DNA of 64,000 nt from contig CBDHFO010000017.1 of assembly GCA_965262645.1 (NCBI GenBank), positions 1,252,134-1,316,133 on the forward strand, in the 5' to 3' direction. Shown here in pieces: positions 1-8,607 of the stretch. The notes beneath the pieces were generated by a model that was not told the origin of the DNA, ran no database searches, and worked only from the letters and a program-made list of their open reading frames with translations. Positions within the stretch are counted from its first letter, which is position 1. Each line of letters begins with the position of its first letter. Source of the DNA: Candidatus Marinacidobacterium sp. (lineage in GTDB: Bacteria; Acidobacteriota; Vicinamibacteria; Marinacidobacterales; Marinacidobacteraceae). A program made the translations under genes and the position numbers.

Positions 1-86
1 CCGTGCCGGAAGATGGAAGTCCAGACCTGCGAGTCGGTCGCCTCCTTCCAGGCGGCGCGGAGGGGAGCGATGATGCGGTTCAACAT
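1..86 (-). CDS. partial CDS (N-terminus only, runs off window edge); possibly cytochrome b subunit downstream of the Rieske gene
   Basis: Minus-strand ATG at 86..84 opens MLNRIIAPLRAAWKEATDSQVWTSIFRHG with strong G/C third-position bias. Its position directly downstream of a Rieske gene fits Rieske-cytochrome b operons. Identity is positional inference only. Confidence 0.35.
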   Translation of the reverse strand, partial: MLNRIIAPLRAAWKEATDSQVWTSIFRH

Positions 87-105
87 GACGCCCCCTTCGC
101 TTGCC

Positions 106-284
106 TTAGCAGTCCGTGGACCAGGAAGCCCGAGCACCGAAAGCGGTGAGGCACCCGGCTGACAAGGCGCGATTCGGGAGGAATACCGAGTGTATTCCGA
201 CTGAAGCGGAACGCAGAGCGAAGCGGTTCAGCCGGGATGGATCGCCGCTCGAATGCCGGGCTACTTGGTTCACGGGCTGCTCAG
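106..284 (+). repeat. F1 hairpin repeat, copy 1 (diverged), forward orientation
   Basis: TTAGCAGTCCGTGGACCAGGAAGCCCG...GGCTGACAAGGCGCG...GGGAGGAATACCGAGTGTATTCC...CAGCCGGGATGGATCGCC...CGGGCTACTTGGTTCACGGGCTGCTCAG. Collinear with the copy at 934..1117. The arms pair over about 23 positions with three G-T wobbles on the + strand. Confidence 0.85.
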
Positions 285-844
285 GTCAGGGAAAGGAACG
301 AGGCGGAATCGGTCCACTGGCCCGCTTCGAACTTGAAAAGGCGCGACTTGTCGATGAGCAGTTGGCCGTCCTCCGCGAGGCTCACGCCGACGCGTTCCAG
401 CGGGCGGGGCGCCGGGCCCTCGAAGTTGATCCCCGTCGCGTAGAACCCGCTCCCGTGACAGGGACACTTGAACTTGCTCTCGGCCTCGAGCCAGTTCGGC
501 GTACATCCCAAGTGGGTGCAGATGGTGGAGAGGGCGTAGATCTTTTCCTCGTCCCGGACGATCCACACCTGGTAGCGCTCCTTGAAACGGGTATCCACCA
601 CCCCGATCGAGAAGTCAGCCGGAAAGCCCGCCTTGAACTCCGAAGGCGGCTCCGTCAGGACGTTCGGGAACATGAACCGGCCCACGGCGGTGAGCCCGGC
701 GGCCATGGCAGCCGTGAAAACAGCCCAGCCGATGGCCAGAAAAGGAAATTCCCGGCGGGTGACCTTTTTGGCGGCGGCGGAGGCTCGTTTGGGGGCCGGC
801 GCACGGGCGGACCGGGTTGCTGGACTCGCCGGAGGGTCAGGCAT
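281..844 (-). CDS. Rieske [2Fe-2S] protein of a cytochrome bc-type complex
   Basis: CTHLGCTPNW...KCPCHGSGF are the two Rieske cluster-binding boxes. There is an N-terminal hydrophobic anchor. The TGA stop at 283..281 lies in the last bases of F1 copy 1. Confidence 0.85.
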   Translation of the reverse strand: MPDPPASPATRSARAPAPKRASAAAKKVTRREFPFLAIGWAVFTAAMAAGLTAVGRFMFPNVLTEPPSEFKAGFPADFSIGVVDTRFKERYQVWIVRDEEKIYALSTICTHLGCTPNWLEAESKFKCPCHGSGFYATGINFEGPAPRPLERVGVSLAEDGQLLIDKSRLFKFEAGQWTDSASFLSLT

Positions 845-933
845 GGGCTGGATTCAGAGGGGTGTGGGATCGGCGCGGAATTCTAACGGAAGGCTCTCAG
901 AATCGGTCCACGGATTTCCGCGCGTGCCGCCCC

Positions 934-1117
934 AACAGCCTGTGGTGGAACCCGGGTGAGCGCCGAGAGCGGCGAGGCGCCCGGCTGACAAGGCGCGTGA
1001 GGGAGGAATACCTGGTGTATTTCGACCGAAACGAAACGCAGAGCGCCGCGAAGCGACGCGGTGAACAGCCGGGATGCATCGCCGCTCGAACGCCTGGGTT
1101 TCGCCACAGGCTGTTAG
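934..1117 (+). repeat. F1 hairpin repeat, copy 2 (reference copy without core-box insertions), forward orientation
   Basis: AACAGCCTGTGG...CCACAGGCTGTT termini. Hand folding gives a 25-bp outer stem (four G-T wobbles), a 9-bp stem (GAGCGGCGA/TCGCCGCTC), an 8-bp stem (CCCGGCTG/CAGCCGGG) and a roughly 75-nt apical domain containing GAGGGAGGA. Confidence 0.9.
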
Positions 1118-2005
1118 TCACGGACGCGGCCCACCGGGTCGCCGACCTTCGGCAGCGAGAGCCGAGAGCGCGGCCGCCCGGACTCGCAGGTCGGGATCAC
1201 CCGCCGCCACCTCCTCGAGCCGCGCCCGGACGACCGGGGTTTCGAGGACGCCCGCCGCCTGAACCGCACTCAGCCGCGCCAGGACCCTTTCGCCTTCCAG
1301 CATTCCCGGGACGCCCGCCCAGTATTCCGGTTCCATCATCCCGAGGAGCCGCTCCCCCGCAGCCTCGTCTCCGATTCGGGCAAGCGCCACGACGGCGTTC
1401 ACGGAGACATCGAGGATCGGATCCTCGACCGCTCGACTCAAAGCGGCGGCAGCCGCCGGATCACCGATCGCGCCGAGCCCATAAACCGCCATGGTCCGCA
1501 GCCCCGCATCGTCGGCCCGGCTGGCCTCGCCAAGCGCCGAGACCGCGGCTCCCCCACCGATGGAGCCGAGCGCCCAGGCGGCATAGACCCGCACGGTTTC
1601 ATCCGGATCGGCAAGCGCCTCCGTCAAGACGGAAACGGCGGTGGGCTCCGAGAGCGTTCCCAGCGCCAGCGCGAGGTATTGGCGCACCCAGGGATCCGCC
1701 GGGGCTTGCTCCTCTCCAAACGCTCGCACCAGGTCGGGGCCGAGCGCGCCGAATTCTCCGGGCTCGCCATGCTGGATCCGGTTTGCGAGCTCGAACGCCG
1801 CCTGCCTCCTCTCCCGGTGTCCCCCGGCACGGATTCGCTGGAGGTGTTCTTGGGCGGTCGAGTCGTCGGAAACCAGCCACGCGAACCCGAGGAAGATCCC
1901 GACGCCGAGTACCACGACCAGCATGGGGATCACGAAGAACTGGAGCAGGGTCCGGCCGAAAGAGACGTCGCCGGGGTCCGGAGCGGGGGAGGAGTTTTCG
2001 GTCAT
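1118..2005 (-). CDS. HEAT-repeat (PBS-lyase-like) protein with N-terminal TM helix
   Basis: Repeated ...VRxxAAxALGxIGdpaA.. units (HEAT/PBS lyase style) and the hydrophobic segment FFVIPMLVVVLGVGIFLGFAWLV. I trimmed the 487-aa ORF to the ATG at 2005 because upstream codons run through F1 copies 3 and 4. No clear SD, so the start is uncertain. Confidence 0.6.
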   Translation of the reverse strand: MTENSSPAPDPGDVSFGRTLLQFFVIPMLVVVLGVGIFLGFAWLVSDDSTAQEHLQRIRAGGHRERRQAAFELANRIQHGEPGEFGALGPDLVRAFGEEQAPADPWVRQYLALALGTLSEPTAVSVLTEALADPDETVRVYAAWALGSIGGGAAVSALGEASRADDAGLRTMAVYGLGAIGDPAAAAALSRAVEDPILDVSVNAVVALARIGDEAAGERLLGMMEPEYWAGVPGMLEGERVLARLSAVQAAGVLETPVVRARLEEVAAGDPDLRVRAAALSALAAEGRRPGGPRP

Positions 2006-2007
2006 CT

Positions 2008-2193
2008 TTAGCAGCCGGTAGTGGAACCCGGGTGAGCGCCGAGGCTGGCCAGTCTCCCGGTGGGGGCGAGGCGCCCGGCTGACAATGCGCGTGAAGGAGG
2101 AGCCCCCACCCGGAGAACCGGCCCGAGTGTATGTCGACCGAAACGCAACGCAGAACACCAGTTCTCCCGGTGGGGGGGCGCAGCGGAGTGGTG
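2008..2193 (+). repeat. F1 hairpin repeat, copy 3 (right arm truncated, fused head-to-tail to copy 4)
   Basis: TTAGCAGCCGGTAGTGGAACCCGGGTGAGCGCCGAG...GACCGAAACGCAACGCAGAAC...GGTGAACAGCC runs directly into the left terminus of the next copy. Contains three core-box variants. Confidence 0.85.
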
Positions 2194-2431
2194 AACAGCC
2201 TGTGGTGGAACCCGCGTGAGCGCCGAGGCTGGCCAGTCTCCCGGTGGGGGCGAGGCGCTTGGCTGACAAGGCGCGTGAGGGAGGAGCCCCCACCGGGAGA
2301 ACTGGCCCGGGTGTATTCCGACCGAAACGCAACGATGAGCGGCGCGCAGCGACGCGGTCAGCCGGGATGGATCGCCGGCCGAGCCCCCACCGGGAGAACT
2401 GGGCCGCGTGAGTTTCACCACAGGCTGCTAA
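2194..2431 (+). repeat. F1 hairpin repeat, copy 4, forward orientation, with core-box insertions in both arms and the apical loop
   Basis: AACAGCCTGTGGTGGAACCCGCGTGAGCGCCGAG...GAGGGAGGAGCCCCCACCGGGAGAACTGGCCCGG...GAGTTTCACCACAGGCTGCTAA. Confidence 0.9.
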
Positions 2432-2456
2432 CCGGAATGTCGAAAGTGGAGGTTCT

Positions 2457-3461
2457 TCAGAGGCGCTCGAGATCCCGAATCGTACGGAGATCCCGGAAGA
2501 TCCCTTCGAAGGTCGGGATGTCCACAGTCTGGCGTGGATCGGTATAGGCCGTATCGGGATGCGTATGCACGGCGATCGCAAGTCCGGATGCGCCGGCCGC
2601 GAGAGCAGCGCGGGCCAGCGGTCGAACCCGGTCCCGCTCGGCGACTGCGTGCGAGGGGTCCACCAATACCGGCAGATGCGAAGTGCGCCGCACCACCGGC
2701 ACCGCGTGGAGGTCGAGGAGCGTGCGCCGCTGGCCCCCAGCTCGGATTCCCCGTTCGCAAAGGATCACGTCCCGCTTCTGTCGGGCCAGGAGGGATTCCG
2801 CGGCCATCAGCCACTCTTCGACCGTTGCCGACGGACCACGTTCCAGAATGACCGGCTTCGGGAGGCTGGCGGCGATCTCCAACAGGGCTTCGTTCTCCAT
2901 ATGCCGGCCGGCGATCTGGACCAGATCTACGTGCTCGGCGACCCGCTCCGCGGAACGCGGATCCACGATTTCCGAAACGACCGGAAGTCCCGTCTCTTCC
3001 CGGACCCGATCCAGAGTGTGCAGGCCCTCGTCGCCCACACCGCCGAAGTGGTAGGGGCCGATCCGTTCCGACCACAAGCGGGCGCGGAACAGGTCGGCTC
3101 CTGCCGCTCGGACCGCGCGGGCGATGTCCACGGTGCGGGCCTCGGTTTCGATGCTACAGGGTCCCGCAATCACCACCGCGTCGGGGCCGCCGACCGTCAC
3201 GCCGGCAACCTCCACGACGGTGTCCGCCGGATGCACTTCGCGGCTGACCAGCTTGAAGGGCTTGGTGACCGGAATACAGTGCGCGACGCCCGGGAGCCGG
3301 ACCAGGAACGATGGATCCACGGGCCCACGATTCCCGGTGACGCAGATGGCGGTCCGGTCGGCACCCGGAACCCGGAGCGGCGTGAATCCCATGTCGCGAA
3401 TCGCGGTTTCCACGCGCCGGCATTGCTCTTCGGTGGGGACCGCCCCCATGATGACCAACAT
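2457..3461 (-). CDS. 3-deoxy-7-phosphoheptulonate (DAHP) synthase, type I-beta with N-terminal ferredoxin-like regulatory domain
   Basis: AGPCSIE...GAD.FR core and C-terminal DPSH..G motifs typical of KDO8PS-like DAHP synthases. A roughly 80-aa N-terminal extension resembles the Thermotoga-type enzyme. It is the last gene of the trp string. Confidence 0.8.
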   Translation of the reverse strand: MLVIMGAVPTEEQCRRVETAIRDMGFTPLRVPGADRTAICVTGNRGPVDPSFLVRLPGVAHCIPVTKPFKLVSREVHPADTVVEVAGVTVGGPDAVVIAGPCSIETEARTVDIARAVRAAGADLFRARLWSERIGPYHFGGVGDEGLHTLDRVREETGLPVVSEIVDPRSAERVAEHVDLVQIAGRHMENEALLEIAASLPKPVILERGPSATVEEWLMAAESLLARQKRDVILCERGIRAGGQRRTLLDLHAVPVVRRTSHLPVLVDPSHAVAERDRVRPLARAALAAGASGLAIAVHTHPDTAYTDPRQTVDIPTFEGIFRDLRTIRDLERL

Positions 3462-3478
3462 GGTTCTTCCTTTCGCTG

Positions 3479-4276
3479 TTAACCGCTTGCGGTGAGTTGA
3501 AGCACCGCGGAACGGTAACCGGCGATCAGGTCATCCGCGTCCCCCGCCCTTCGGTAAAGGCGTTCGACGGCCCGCGCGAGGTGGCTCCCGACGACCGCGA
3601 TCCGCGCGCCGGCTTCGAAGCCGCGAACGACCTGAGTGCGGTCCGACAGCCCAAAACCGAGACACACGGGAACCTGCACAACTCCGGCGACTTCGGCGAC
3701 CCGGCGAAGGACGCCGGAGAACCCGCCGCGACGAACGCCGGTGACGCCCTGGAAGCCCGCGAGGTAAACGAAACAGGAGTCCCCGGCGAGGCGTTTGAGA
3801 CGCGGCGCCGGGGTGAGGGGCCCCGCCAGTTCAACGTGCCCGAGTCGGGCGCGCCGGCACGCCCGGCGGAGCGGAGCGGCCTCCTCCAGCGGTATATCCG
3901 GGACGAGCAGCGAAGAGGCGCCGGCATCGCACACGGTGTCGGTGAACCGTTCGTATCCGATCCGATGCACCAGATTCCCGTACACCAGCAGGTTGAGCGG
4001 TACTCCCGGACAGGTCTTTGCGATCCGCGCCAGAAGTTCGAACCCGCGGAACGTTGAGGTGCCTCCGGCAAGCGCGCGGCTCGCCGCCGCCTGGATCGCT
4101 GGACCATCGGCGACCGGATCGCTATAGGGAAATCCGATCTCGAGCATCCGGGCACCCGCCGAGACCGCCGTCCGCGCCAGCTCCACACACAGGTCAGGAG
4201 TCGGATCTCCGAGCACCAGAAACGGGGAAACCGCCGGCCCCTCCCCCAGCGTGGTACGGAGCGCGGCGAGGCTCAT
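3479..4276 (-). CDS. trpA: tryptophan synthase alpha chain
   Basis: [20 protein letters not shown] motif. The ATG at 4276 overlaps the trpB stop (ATGA), so the longer ORF start at 4330 is rejected. Confidence 0.9.
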   Translation of the reverse strand: MSLAALRTTLGEGPAVSPFLVLGDPTPDLCVELARTAVSAGARMLEIGFPYSDPVADGPAIQAAASRALAGGTSTFRGFELLARIAKTCPGVPLNLLVYGNLVHRIGYERFTDTVCDAGASSLLVPDIPLEEAAPLRRACRRARLGHVELAGPLTPAPRLKRLAGDSCFVYLAGFQGVTGVRRGGFSGVLRRVAEVAGVVQVPVCLGFGLSDRTQVVRGFEAGARIAVVGSHLARAVERLYRRAGDADDLIAGYRSAVLQLTASG

Positions 4277-5469
4277 GACGATCGCCCGAGCGCGAAATAG
4301 GTCTCGAGATCCTTGTCGCCGCGGCCGCAAAGGTTCACGAGTACCCGCGCCCCGGCGGCAATCTCCCCCGATTGCCGGGCGCGGAGGACGAAAGCGAGCG
4401 CGTGGGAAGGTTCGAAAGCGGGAATGATCCCTTCGGTGGCCGACAGCACCTCGAAGGCATCCAGCGCCTCTTCATCGGTGGCGGCGACGTAGGTGGCTCG
4501 ACCGATCTCCTGAAGGTACGCGTGCTCCGGGCCCACCCCGGGATAGTCGAGCCCTGCCGAAATGCTGTGGGGTTCGCGGATCTGGCCTTCGTCGTCCTGG
4601 AGGACCATGGTGCGGGCGCCGTGGAGCAGGCCCGGAGTGCCGCGCACGAGGGTCGCACCGTGCCGGCCGCTTTCCAGTCCGGCTCCTCCGGGCTCCACGC
4701 CGACAAGCCGAACCGATTTTTCGGGCACGAAGGCGTGGAAGATCCCGATCGCGTTGCTTCCGCCCCCCACGCACGCCACGACCACATCGGGGAGCCCGCC
4801 GAGCTCACGCCGCCACTGCCGTTTGGCCTCGCGCCCGATGACTGCCTGAAAATCCCGGACCAGGCGTGGAAAGGGATGCGGTCCCGCCGCCGTCCCGAGC
4901 AGGTAGTGCGTATCGGCGAGGCTCCCGGTCCAATCGCGCAGCGCTTCGTTGATCGCGTCCTTCAGGGTGCGGGCCCCCGCGGTGACGGGAACCACTTCGG
5001 CGCCGCACAGCTCCATTCGCTTCACGTTGGGGGCCTGGCGGGCCATGTCCTTTGCCCCCATGTAGATCACCGCCCGCATATCGAACCGCGCCGCGATCAT
5101 CGCCGTCGCGACCCCATGCTGACCGGCGCCGGTCTCGGCGATCAGCCGGGTCTTGCCCATGTGCCGGGCCAGGAGGGCCTGCCCGAGCACGTTATTCGCC
5201 TTGTGCGCCCCTCCATGGAGCAGGTCCTCGCGCTTGAATACCGTTTCGAATCCGGCCCTTGCCGAGAACCGTGGGACCCTGGTAAGCGGAGTCGGCCGCC
5301 CCACCCAGTCCCGCGCCTCCCGGTCCAGTTCGCTGCGGAACGCCGCCGTAGGCAGGATCTCCTTGCGGGCGGTTTCCAGCTCCTCGAGCGCAGGCGTGAG
5401 GAGTTCCGGAGCAAACCGTCCCCCGAAGGAACCGAACGCTCCCTGCCGGGGCCGAAGTCCGCGTTTCAC
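4273..5469 (-). CDS. trpB: tryptophan synthase beta chain
   Basis: [25 protein letters not shown] and [11 protein letters not shown]-enzyme motifs. The GTG at 5469 overlaps the trpF stop (GTGA). Confidence 0.9.
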   Translation of the reverse strand: MKRGLRPRQGAFGSFGGRFAPELLTPALEELETARKEILPTAAFRSELDREARDWVGRPTPLTRVPRFSARAGFETVFKREDLLHGGAHKANNVLGQALLARHMGKTRLIAETGAGQHGVATAMIAARFDMRAVIYMGAKDMARQAPNVKRMELCGAEVVPVTAGARTLKDAINEALRDWTGSLADTHYLLGTAAGPHPFPRLVRDFQAVIGREAKRQWRRELGGLPDVVVACVGGGSNAIGIFHAFVPEKSVRLVGVEPGGAGLESGRHGATLVRGTPGLLHGARTMVLQDDEGQIREPHSISAGLDYPGVGPEHAYLQEIGRATYVAATDEEALDAFEVLSATEGIIPAFEPSHALAFVLRARQSGEIAAGARVLVNLCGRGDKDLETYFALGRSS

Positions 5470-6089
5470 GCGGCGAATTCTGGCTGCAACCGGCTGAACA
5501 AAAGCCGCAACCGATCGGGGTCCTTGACGCCGGGAGCCGACTCGATGCCGCTTGAAATATCCACACCCCATGGCTGAAAGGGAAGCAGGCGCCCGATGTT
5601 CTCGGGTTTCAATCCTCCCGCGATGAAAGCCCGTGCCGGAGCCTGTTCCCCGAGAATGCGCCAGTCGAAGGCGCGGCCGCTACCGCCGCCACCCACGTCG
5701 AAAACGAGCGGGCCGTCCCCGTCGCCGGGAGGGACGAAGTCCGGAAGACGGTCTGCGGTCTCCGGAACGGTCACGACCCGATGGACGATCAGGCCGGCCT
5801 GCCCAAGCGACCGGACTCCGGCGTCCGACAGCCCGTGCGGCTGAACCCTTTCTATCCCCAGCGCGAATGCGTCGGCGGCGACTTCGTCCCGAGTACGCCT
5901 TCCGGTCGCGAGCACCGGACGAACCTCCGGATGAACCTCCCGAGCAGCCGCGATCACCCTGCGGGCTTCCTCGAGCGTTGCCGAACGCGGGGAATCCGGA
6001 GCCCGCACGACCCCGATCCAGCGGGCCCCAAGCCGTACGGCCAACCGGGCATCCTCCGGTCTCCGAAGGCCGCAGATCTTGACTTCCAA
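5466..6089 (-). CDS. trpF: phosphoribosylanthranilate isomerase
   Basis: [14 protein letters not shown]... N-terminus is typical of TrpF. About 207 aa, sitting between trpC and trpB. Confidence 0.85.
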   Translation of the reverse strand: MEVKICGLRRPEDARLAVRLGARWIGVVRAPDSPRSATLEEARRVIAAAREVHPEVRPVLATGRRTRDEVAADAFALGIERVQPHGLSDAGVRSLGQAGLIVHRVVTVPETADRLPDFVPPGDGDGPLVFDVGGGGSGRAFDWRILGEQAPARAFIAGGLKPENIGRLLPFQPWGVDISSGIESAPGVKDPDRLRLLFSRLQPEFAA

Positions 6090-6109
6090 GACGCGCGCCC
6101 CGGTCTTCC

Positions 6110-6886
6110 TCAGGCGCCGACGGGCTGCGGTTCGGTGGCGGCGCGGAGAAACGCCGAAGGGTCCGGGGCGCGCATCAGTGCGGTCCCGATCAGCACCGCG
6201 TCTGCTCTTCCGCGCAGTTCAGCAAGGTGCGCCGGCTCGAGATAGCCGCTCTCCGCCACGGCAATGCGTCCCGGCGGGACTCGGGGGAGCAGCGCCGCGG
6301 CGCGCCGGCGGTCCGTGCCCAGCGTGTCCAGATTCCGGTTGTTGATCCCGACGATCGCATCGTCAAGGACCAGGGCGCGATCGAGTTCCGCCGCGCTGTG
6401 CACCTCAACCAGGGCGTCAAGCCCGAGGGATCGCGCTTCCTCGTAGAGATGATGGAGTAGGGAGTCGTGGAGACAACGAACGATGAGGAGCACCGCCGAC
6501 GCTCCCGCCGCCCACCCCGCCCGGATCTGCGCGGGGTGTACGACGAAGTCCTTCATCAGGATGGGAAGTGAGGAGGTAACCGAAGCAGCTTGCAGATCCT
6601 CCAGGGAACCACCGAAGGCATCGGGATCGGTCAGCACCGAAATCGCGGAGGCGCCCGCGTCCCGATAAGCGCGGGCCCGTGCCCCCGGATCGTCGTCGCG
6701 GATGGCCCCGGCGCTCGGACTTTTCCGCTTGAACTCGGCGATCACCGAGAGCGTGTCGCGCCCGCCGACCGCGTTCCGGAAGGAAGGGGGCTCGCGTTCA
6801 GGACGCTGGGGCGGTGGTCCGGTAGCGAGACGCACCGCTCTCGCTTCGGCCGAGCGGACGAGTCGGTCGAGTACCCCTCCGTTCAT
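6110..6886 (-). CDS. trpC: indole-3-glycerol-phosphate synthase
   Basis: VIAEFKRKSPSAG..., ISVLTD, LLIVR and VGINNRNL motifs. The ATG at 6886 overlaps the trpD stop (ATGA). The upstream part of the 382-aa ORF is Arg/Gly-rich read-through of trpD in another frame. Confidence 0.9.
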   Translation of the reverse strand: MNGGVLDRLVRSAEARAVRLATGPPPQRPEREPPSFRNAVGGRDTLSVIAEFKRKSPSAGAIRDDDPGARARAYRDAGASAISVLTDPDAFGGSLEDLQAASVTSSLPILMKDFVVHPAQIRAGWAAGASAVLLIVRCLHDSLLHHLYEEARSLGLDALVEVHSAAELDRALVLDDAIVGINNRNLDTLGTDRRRAAALLPRVPPGRIAVAESGYLEPAHLAELRGRADAVLIGTALMRAPDPSAFLRAATEPQPVGA

Positions 6887-7950
6887 GCGACATTCAGTCC
6901 GGTCATCCGCATGCTCGTTTCCACGTAGCGCTCCAGGGTGCGCAGGGCGCGGCCGGAGGACAGGGTTGCCAGCGCGGTACGCACTCCGGTCTCGAGGTCC
7001 GGGGCGAGCCCGGCAACGGTAAGCGCGGCGCCCGCGTTCGCCGCGACGACGTCCCGCTTCGGTCCCTGATCCTTCCCGGACAGCACCGCTGTGAGAATCT
7101 CGGCGTTTTCCGCGGTGCCACCACCTCGGAGTTCCTCGATCGGCGCCTCCCGCAGTCCGAGTTCGGAAACCCGGATCTCGACTGGACGCACCTCTCCTCC
7201 GCTGAGCGAATGGCCCCGGGTCGTTGCGTGAAGGCCAATTTCGTCCAAGCCATCGCAATGCACGACCAGCGCTGAGGCGGACCCCAACCTGGCCAGGGCT
7301 CCGGCAACGGTCTCGGTCAACGAAGGATCGTAGACACCGATCAACTGACGTTCCGCCAGCGCCGGATTCGCGAGCGGTCCGAGGACATTGAAGAGCGTCC
7401 GGATTCCGAGAGCGCGGCGGGCGGGTCCGACATGGGCCATCGCGGGGTGGAAAGCGGGGGCAAAGAGGAACACGAAACCAGTGGAATCCAGAATCCGGGA
7501 CGCTTGGCCCGGCTCAAGATGGAGGGGCGCTCCACAAGCCTCCAGCACGTCGGCGCTGCCGGTGATGGAAGAAACGCTGCGGTTGCCGTGTTTGGCGACA
7601 GCCCCGCCGGCGGCCGCCACGACCAGCGCCGACGCCGTCGAAATGTTGAAGGTGCCGCTCTTGTCACCGCCAGTGCCGCAGGTGTCCACGAGAGGTCGGA
7701 CCTGAGACATGACGGCCTTGCGGTGACTCCGGAGTGCGCGAGCGCACGCGGCAAGGGTTGCGGAGTCGGGCTCGCTGACGCGGAGCGCCACGAGCAGCCC
7801 CGCCGTCTGGGCGATGTCGCTTTCCCCGGACAGGATTCGGTGCAGAGCGCTCTCCAGCGCTCCGGAATCGGCAGATTCGCCGGAGAGGAGAGTTTCGAGG
7901 AGTGGGGCGATCACTGGAGTTGGCTCCTTGGTGGTGTGAGTGACGGTCAC
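6883..7950 (-). CDS. trpD: anthranilate phosphoribosyltransferase
   Basis: DTCGTGGDKSGTFNISTA and HGNRSVSS motifs. Confidence 0.9.
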   Translation of the reverse strand: MTVTHTTKEPTPVIAPLLETLLSGESADSGALESALHRILSGESDIAQTAGLLVALRVSEPDSATLAACARALRSHRKAVMSQVRPLVDTCGTGGDKSGTFNISTASALVVAAAGGAVAKHGNRSVSSITGSADVLEACGAPLHLEPGQASRILDSTGFVFLFAPAFHPAMAHVGPARRALGIRTLFNVLGPLANPALAERQLIGVYDPSLTETVAGALARLGSASALVVHCDGLDEIGLHATTRGHSLSGGEVRPVEIRVSELGLREAPIEELRGGGTAENAEILTAVLSGKDQGPKRDVVAANAGAALTVAGLAPDLETGVRTALATLSSGRALRTLERYVETSMRMTGLNVA

Positions 7951-8344
7951 AGCGTCCCGTACCGGGAACCTCAGAAGCCTTAGCGGGCGCTCTTGAGCAC
8001 CCTTTCGCGCCGTCGTCCAGAGGCGTCCCGGGTCGGGCCGCCTCCCGCCGCAATCAGTGGATCAAACGGACGCGAGGCGAGCCCGGCCTAAAGCAAAATC
8101 GCCATCGCCACAGCAAATGCCGGGAAAGGCGCGGCCGGGCTGACTCGCTGAGCGTCATGGGTCAGCATTGTAACGAAGCCGTCCGGCAAGCGACACCGCA
8201 ACCCGGAAGGCTCTCACCGTCAGGGACGCGACCCGGGTCTTCTCGCTCCCGGCCCTCCGTTCGCGCGGATACCTCCAGCAAGCAGCCGCCCCCGGCCGCG
8301 GACAGACGAATAGAATCGGACCATGGTAGGGACAGCGAGAACAC

Positions 8345-8594
8345 TTAGCAGGCTGTGGCGAAACTCGGGTGCGATCCATTCGCGGCGCCGAGCGCCGCGG
8401 GGGAGGGGTGTGGGGAGGGGTTTCCCCTCCCCACGAAAGACGATGGCGCGGGCCCCCACCGGGAGAACTGGCGCGGAGCGATTCGCGCCATCACCCCGTG
8501 GGGAAAGCGCCCCGCACGCGCACAAATCGTCGGAATTGCCGCACGTACCGTTCCGGAAATCGTGCGGGGTGCTTTTTCCACGGGCTGTCGGTAG
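8345..8594 (+). repeat. F2 repeat, copy 1 (reference orientation), carries one core box at 8453..8471
   Basis: TTAGCAGGCTGTGGCGAAAC...GGGGAGGGGTTTCCCCTCCCC...CCCCGTGGGGAAAGCGCCCCGCACGCG...GTGCGGGGTGCTTTTTCCACGGGCTGTCGGTA. Collinear in reverse with 54121..54338 and 55207..55425. Confidence 0.8.
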
Positions 8595-8607
8595 GCGAAG
8601 CGGGATC

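Noticed and set aside
934-1117. F1 repeats encoding a small conserved peptide (recurrent ...REEPPPGELARVY.DRNATQ... and MHRRS... translations; GGAGGA followed by GTG in the apical domain)
   Set aside because: Core-box insertions and deletions shift the frame between copies, and no common stop is kept. Copies occur in both orientations, and the similarity is at nucleotide level in all frames.
817-2082. 421-aa + strand ORF, and similar long ORFs at 12884..14227, 15111..16547, 27211..28365, 36043..37338, 41603..42958 and 59493..61808
   Set aside because: They are Arg/Pro/Gly-rich shadow ORFs antisense to, or out of frame with, genes that have clear family motifs. This is typical of high-GC DNA. 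They have no motifs of their own, and several run through non-coding repeats.
7951-8344. Possible trp leader/attenuator or T-box upstream of trpD
   Set aside because: I found no short ORF with tandem Trp codons, no terminator/antiterminator pair and no T-box-like specifier or T-box sequence. It is left unannotated.
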